The notes under the pieces: model-generated
Database searches by the model: none
Told to the model about the DNA's origin: nothing
The model's input: only the letters and a program-made list of their open reading frames with translations
Position numbers and translations under genes: made by a program
Shown here: piece after piece, positions 59,537 through 64,000 of the stretch
How positions within the stretch are numbered: the first letter of the stretch is position 1
How the letters are laid out: the number at the start of each line of letters is the position of its first letter
Origin: an uncultured Planctomycetota bacterium
GTDB taxonomy: Bacteria; Planctomycetota; PLA2; JAEUHO01
Direction: 5' to 3'
DNA length: 64,000 nucleotides
NCBI GenBank assembly: GCA_963752285.1
Contig: CAVVXN010000001.1
Span: forward strand, 768,001-832,000

Positions 59537-61047
59537 GCGCCCGCAGGACAGGCTCGGCCCGCGGCAGGGCGGATGCGCCGGGCCGGCGGGTCGAGAAGGC
59601 CGTGTCGGGCGGCGCGACGACGCGCTACGTGCTCGACGCACAGCAGGTCGTCGAAGAGTACGACGGGCAGGACGTCTGGCAGGCGCGGTACGTCTACGAG
59701 GACGGGATCGACCGCCCGCGCGTCATGGACCGGGCGGACCAGGCGGACGTGAACGGAAACCAGAACACGACCGAGGTGCTCCGGTTCACGTACCACCAGC
59801 AGGCGCTGGGGTCGGTGACGGAGGTTTCGGAGCCCGGCGGGAGCGTCGTCGAGTGGGTGACCTACGACGCTTACGGCAAGCCCACGACTCTGGACCAGCA
59901 GGGAAACGCGGTCGCACAGAGCCCGGTCGGGAACCCGTACCTGTACACCGGGCGCGAGTATGACGCCGAGACGAAGACCTACTACTTCCGAGCGCGTGCG
60001 TACGACCCGGAGACTGGGCGGTTCCTGCAGAGAGATCCCGCTGGGTACGTCGGGGGGCTGTCCCTCCACCAGTACGTGGGGTCGGGCCCAGCTTCGTTCA
60101 CCGACCCGTCGGGGCTCATGCCGGAACCGAAGGACAAGGAGAACAAGCCAGTCGAGTGGCTTCGGTGGGCGGGCCAGCAACTCGTGGCTGCTCAGGAGAG
60201 GGCAGACGCTGCGTGGCGAGCCTATGACGCCGCTCTGGATGCGGCCTATGCGGCAGGGGGAGTGGTCAACGGTCTCCAGAAGCAGATCGACGATCTCAAG
60301 GAGAAGATCAAGGAGATGGAGGAGAAGTGCCTCGACACGACGCAGGAGGAGAAGGATCTTGCCAAGTTGGAGGAGCGCCTCGCGGACGCGAAGGCGGCGC
60401 AGGACGAGGCGTGGCATAAGGTCGACGAGGCTATCGCCGCCGCCGACACGGCTCAGGACGCTCTTGACGCCGCCGAAAACGAATTCCACAAGGCAGCGCA
60501 AAACATGTGGACTAAGAGCGGTGGGACCGGAAGTGTGCCACGCGGGGATCTCGGGGCTCTTAGCAGGGAGGACTTCAAGAGGTTGGCCAAACTCGATTTG
60601 ATCGCGTTCGGCGCGCGCGGGCAGGGCGGCGCCGATGACTGGTCTGCGCTGGCGATCGGCTACGGCCCGACCCGCTTCAGGGAACTAGGGATTGATCCAG
60701 ACACTGGACAACCTCGTATGGGTAGTGGGAACTCCAGGGGCATGTGGATTGATGTCAACGATACGTTGGACCCGGCGTACGGGGCGCGAAGTGGGATCGG
60801 TGAACAGATGCTAGGAGAGGTGTGGTTACATGAGGCTCGGCACTACTCGGAGGGAAACGACGAGCACTTTGTCTCATGGCCGGATGGAGCCATGCCGGAG
60901 ACAACCGACGCGAATCGATGGCAAGGCTACGAGGATCATTCGCCGGATCCGGCACGAGGAGTTGAGCATGGTGGGCGGAGTGGCTGGCTCCCGTATGACC
61001 AGCAGACGTCGCGTAACGCGCAAGTCGCCGGACGAAGGTACAGGTGA
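59488..61047 (+). CDS. Orphan Rhs core + coiled coil + HExxH metallopeptidase-like C-terminal domain
   Basis: GRRVEK, YDAYG, GNPYLYTGREYD, YDPETGRFLQRDP, PASFTDPSGL; VWLHEARH. Confidence 0.9.
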   Translation: MAEPGAGPRSGRTAAPRARRTGSARGRADAPGRRVEKAVSGGATTRYVLDAQQVVEEYDGQDVWQARYVYEDGIDRPRVMDRADQADVNGNQNTTEVLRFTYHQQALGSVTEVSEPGGSVVEWVTYDAYGKPTTLDQQGNAVAQSPVGNPYLYTGREYDAETKTYYFRARAYDPETGRFLQRDPAGYVGGLSLHQYVGSGPASFTDPSGLMPEPKDKENKPVEWLRWAGQQLVAAQERADAAWRAYDAALDAAYAAGGVVNGLQKQIDDLKEKIKEMEEKCLDTTQEEKDLAKLEERLADAKAAQDEAWHKVDEAIAAADTAQDALDAAENEFHKAAQNMWTKSGGTGSVPRGDLGALSREDFKRLAKLDLIAFGARGQGGADDWSALAIGYGPTRFRELGIDPDTGQPRMGSGNSRGMWIDVNDTLDPAYGARSGIGEQMLGEVWLHEARHYSEGNDEHFVSWPDGAMPETTDANRWQGYEDHSPDPARGVEHGGRSGWLPYDQQTSRNAQVAGRRYR

Positions 61048-61122
61048 ACACCGGCGCCTGGGAGTAGCCACTCTCGTCCCTTCCCGAAGCGGGAAGTGGT
61101 GCCCGAGCAGTCTGTGGGGACT

Positions 61123-61725
61123 ATGATGCCGGTCAAGGGCTGGAAGTGGGGCCTCGCCGTCGTACTCGTCGGTGCTTGCGTCCTCGGGGTCATTGTCTGG
61201 AAGATGACCGCGTGGAGCGGCGGGCCTGAAGAAGAGGACGGAAGTGCCAAGTGGATTGACATCGGGGAGGGGGTTATGCTCGTGCGCATACACCTCCGTG
61301 TGACGGACGCCGAGGGAATTCCCGTGGCTGGGGCGCGTGTCGTGTCAGACTTGAGCCGCACGGCGCTGGAGAGTGAGGAGGCTATCAATGACGTGCGGCG
61401 AATGGTCGATTCCGCTCTCGCAGAGGGTTTCAGGGGCGAGGAACAGGTCGCGATTGCCACCACGGATCAGAGTGGGGTGGCTGTGTTGGAGTACACCTCT
61501 GGGCGCGGAGGCGAGATCGCTTGGATCCCAGCGGTCCAGCGTGGGGAATTCCCCTTCGCGTGGTGGGTGCGCGTGGACGCGCCGACGTGCGGGACCTTGA
61601 TTCGGCCCCTGAATGAACCGAGGAACATCCGCTTCGACCTGCATCCCGGTCCGGTCGGACGCGGACGCTTTGGCGAGATCAAACGGGTTGGCGAGGCGGA
61701 TTTCGAGATCCGGTGTGAGAAGTAG
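61123..61725 (+). CDS. Membrane-anchored candidate partner/immunity protein of Rhs-CT2
   Basis: N-terminal TM; VTDAEGIPVAGARV and TTDQSGVA beta-sandwich motifs. Confidence 0.7.
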   Translation: MMPVKGWKWGLAVVLVGACVLGVIVWKMTAWSGGPEEEDGSAKWIDIGEGVMLVRIHLRVTDAEGIPVAGARVVSDLSRTALESEEAINDVRRMVDSALAEGFRGEEQVAIATTDQSGVAVLEYTSGRGGEIAWIPAVQRGEFPFAWWVRVDAPTCGTLIRPLNEPRNIRFDLHPGPVGRGRFGEIKRVGEADFEIRCEK

Positions 61726-61751
61726 AGGCCGTGGGTGAAGGCTGAGATGCA

Positions 61752-61797
61752 TCCGAGGTGCGTATCAGTCCCTTCTGGAGATTTCTGCCGAGTACTC
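61752..61797 (+). repeat. 46-bp cassette-boundary motif, copy 3
   Basis: TCCGAGGTGCGTATCAGTCCCTTCTGGAGATTTCTGCCGAGTACTC. Confidence 0.85.
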
Positions 61798-61900
61798 GAA
61801 CAGCGGGACGGCGGGTTCCCCCTGCCGCGAAGGGGCAGCGGGGGGGCGTGAGCGGGTTGCTGGCACGCACGTCCGTGCCGATCGTGCATGAGGGTCGAGG

Positions 61901-62003
61901 TGTCGGGGATCCTCCTCGGCGTCGTCAGGCGCTGCACACCCCGCAGCGCGCAGCTCGGTTGGCGGCCAGGCGGGCGGCACGGGCTTGGCAGCGCCGGGTG
62001 GCG
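61901..62003 (+). repeat. Inter-cassette linker repeat, copy 2
   Basis: Similar to 59221-59325, at about the same distance from the boundary motif. Confidence 0.8.
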
Positions 62004-62280
62004 CGGCGGTCGGAGTCGCGGGCGGCGGCGTGGCCGACCGTCCCCCGACGTGGCGCGTGTTCCCCGGGGGCGTGGTGTGGTCCGCGGACCGTGCGCCGGG
62101 CGCGACACGGCGCGACGTGGGCGCCTGGAGGCGGCCGACGAGGCGCCCGGTCGCCAGGCCCCCCGGCGGGGCGCGCGCCCTGTTCGGGCGGTCACCGTAC
62201 GATCGGCCCCCTGACCTACCCAAAGTGCCCCTCGCCGTCGCCCACGGAGGGCCATTTCATGCGGGTCTTATTGCGTTTCC

Positions 62281-62479
62281 CAGGGGACTCATAATCCCTT
62301 GGTTCCAGGTTCGAGTCCTGGCGGGCCCACTCCCCTCCAAGGGCCATTTCTTCGCCTCTGGCGCCCATCACGATCCGTAATCCACCCCCGACCGAGAGCC
62401 CCCGTTCGCGCAAGGAGCGGCGAGGAAGTGCGAGGTCGTGGCACCCGTCCCCCAAAGTTTCCCCCAAAGTGGCTCTCCG
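62281..62479 (+). repeat. 199-bp direct repeat, copy 2 (tRNA 3' fragment 62281-62329 plus arm; attP-like)
   Basis: Identical to 49960-50158; an extra CCCAAAGT box upstream at 62219-62226. Confidence 0.92.
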
Positions 62480-62676
62480 CGTTCGGTCCCCAGGAGCGCG
62501 CGCGTAGTCCACGACGGGCGTCTCCCTCCCCGGCGGTGAGGGCCCCGGTTCCGACCCCCGAGATCGCGTCTGCGCGCGGTTAGGGCAATGCAGTCATCGT
62601 AGTCCGTCAGAGTGTATGCACGGTGGACGCTGCGCGCTACCGTGACATTCATCCAACTGGCGAAAGGAGGTGACCA

Positions 62677-63735
62677 ATGAGCAGATGGATCCTCACGCTC
62701 TCTTTGGCAGTTTTTCTGTGGCCAAGGGAGGCCCTAGCACGAGATGAGGAACAGCACGTCAAGGAGTTGCAGGAGAGAATCGCCGTGCTGGAGAAAGAGA
62801 ACCACGTCCTGAGGCAGAAAGTCCTCTGGCATGAGTTGCTAGCAGCGGCCCGGTTGCCCAGGTCGGCTACTCGTGTGGATGTACTCCGATTAGGCCCCGG
62901 TTCCCGTCAGGCAAATGAACGGAGCGAGCACCTCAAGGGGATCCGGCTTCCCGATCGCCCCTCCAAGAGCGCTGTAAGGGAGTACGTCGGGAGGATCCTC
63001 GAGGCGGCACAGGATCACCGGCAGGTTTTCGAGTCGGTCGATCCCGAGATTGCTCTACTGGAAGCGGTTGGCCCCGCCAATGTAGACATATTGATCGAAC
63101 CGCTCGTATACCTCCCTCACATAGGTCCCTCGTATTACCTCATCGAGGCACTCGATACACTAGTCGGGGCAGAGCACAAGGAGTTGATTCTCGATAACCT
63201 CGCCGCTGCCGATGAGCTCGTGGCGATTGTCACTGATCGTGGATGGGTGAGAGACGCGGCGCCGATATTGCTGGGGGTTCTCGCAAAGAGGTCTGCGTTG
63301 CTGTCGGTGGAGTGGGTAGAGGCGGCCGCCAAAGTTGCCGGCCCGGACCGTTACGACGACTTGAAGTTCCAACTCGTCAACAACATGTCTCCCCTTCGCA
63401 TCTGGAAGGCGATCCGCTCCTTGCCTGGAATTGGCCCACTGGACAAGTTGATCGCTGAGAGGTGGCAACGAACGCCGAGGGTCGAGGACTCCTGGTCCTG
63501 GCAGCGGCTCGCTGCAGTCGCTGCCTACTGCGGTCACCTAGATGCGTTGGCGGCCGTGGTGCGGCACCTAGAGTCGAATGATGGGGAATTGTGGGGGACA
63601 TTCCAAACCCTGACTGGCTATGATGGTCAACCTGGCCCCCCGGAGCAGGCTGAGAAGGCAAGGAGGTGGTTCGCGGAACATGAGGGCAGCCTTGTCTTTG
63701 ATCGTTCGCAGGGGCGCTATCGAATCGTCAAGTGA
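62677..63735 (+). CDS. Exported hypothetical protein (signal peptide, short coiled coil, helical domain)
   Basis: Strong SD AAGGAGGTGA; MSRWILTLSLAVFLWPREALA; KELQERIAVLEKEN. Confidence 0.75.
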   Translation: MSRWILTLSLAVFLWPREALARDEEQHVKELQERIAVLEKENHVLRQKVLWHELLAAARLPRSATRVDVLRLGPGSRQANERSEHLKGIRLPDRPSKSAVREYVGRILEAAQDHRQVFESVDPEIALLEAVGPANVDILIEPLVYLPHIGPSYYLIEALDTLVGAEHKELILDNLAAADELVAIVTDRGWVRDAAPILLGVLAKRSALLSVEWVEAAAKVAGPDRYDDLKFQLVNNMSPLRIWKAIRSLPGIGPLDKLIAERWQRTPRVEDSWSWQRLAAVAAYCGHLDALAAVVRHLESNDGELWGTFQTLTGYDGQPGPPEQAEKARRWFAEHEGSLVFDRSQGRYRIVK

Positions 63736-63772
63736 GACGCACGAGCTCAGCGCGGCCACCATCTGAGCCGAG

Positions 63773-63844
63773 GAGCGGGATGCGTGAATCGCGCACGTCC
63801 GGATGTGTGGAAGGCCCGGGAGGCAACTCCCGGGCCTACCCGAC
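63773..63844 (+). ncRNA. Group II intron 3' fragment (domains V and VI only)
   Basis: DV GAGCGGGATGCG-TGAAT-CGCGCACGTCCGGA with AGC triad; DVI AGGCCCGGGAG-GCAA-CTCCCGGGCCT followed by bulged A and CCCGAC end. Confidence 0.85.
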
Positions 63845-64000
63845 TCCGTACGGTACGGTCACGATCACGCGGAGGGGGCAGACACAGTCGTCGGATCCCC
63901 TGGGGCAGCACTGGACGTACACGGGGCGGTTCTTCGACGTGGAAAGCGATCTGTACTACTTCCGTGCGCGCTACTGCCACAGCGGCCTCGGGCGCTTCAT
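63845..64000 (+). pseudogene. Third orphan Rhs core fragment, startless, runs off the window
   Basis: From 63846: PYGTVTITRRGQTQSSDPLGQHWTYTGRFFDVESDLYYFRARYCHSGLGRF; homologous to Rhs1 from 56947. Confidence 0.85.

Larger units (their letters stand above)
50009..62329. mobile_element. tRNA-integrated genomic island (first unit; accessory DNA continues past 62329)
   Basis: Bounded by repeats of the tRNA 3' part; integrase remnant, IS, HEPN gene, Rhs cassettes; many ORFs visibly less GC-rich than the backbone. Confidence 0.85.

Noticed and set aside
56311..61797. CRISPR array or classical integron attC sites
   Set aside because: Repeats are about 2.7 kb apart, there are no cas genes, no clear RYYYAAC/GTTRRRY attC ends, and the integrase remnant shows no obvious IntI-specific insertion
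62281..62329. Second tRNA gene
   Set aside because: Lacks the 5' acceptor strand and D-arm; it is the att copy
56947..64000. Diversity-generating retroelement TR/VR pair between Rhs1 and Rhs3 cores
   Set aside because: Mismatches are not adenine-specific and there is no reverse transcriptase in the window

Overview
Very GC-rich bacterial DNA. The gene content (lepA-lepB-lptB order, planctomycete-type CxxCH exported protein, HEAT/vWA and multi-EF-hand proteins) suggests Planctomycetota, which is an inference. Bases 1-49,900 are mostly housekeeping and envelope backbone: two TPR proteins, two two-component systems, an RdgC-like gene pair, birA, etfBA, lptB, lepB, lepA, rdgB, rph, dapF, nadC, an ABC module, rsfS, a DinG helicase, Leu dehydrogenase, an ADP-forming acyl-CoA synthetase, topA and a CarH-like regulator. 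This part also holds a 42-aa K/R-rich histone-like gene missed by the ORF track, sitting behind a probable sigma54 promoter with two palindromic enhancer boxes. An accessory island starts at a tRNA(CAT), probably Ile2, at 49,935. It carries a HEPN protein, a tyrosine-integrase remnant cut by an IS, and an array of orphan Rhs C-terminal/partner-gene cassettes delimited by conserved non-coding motifs. It also contains an exact 199-bp copy of the tRNA 3' part plus its downstream arm (an internal attP-like site) and, at the window edge, an isolated group II intron domain V/VI joined exactly to a third Rhs C-terminal fragment. Start codons were re-picked by eye. No database searches were possible.
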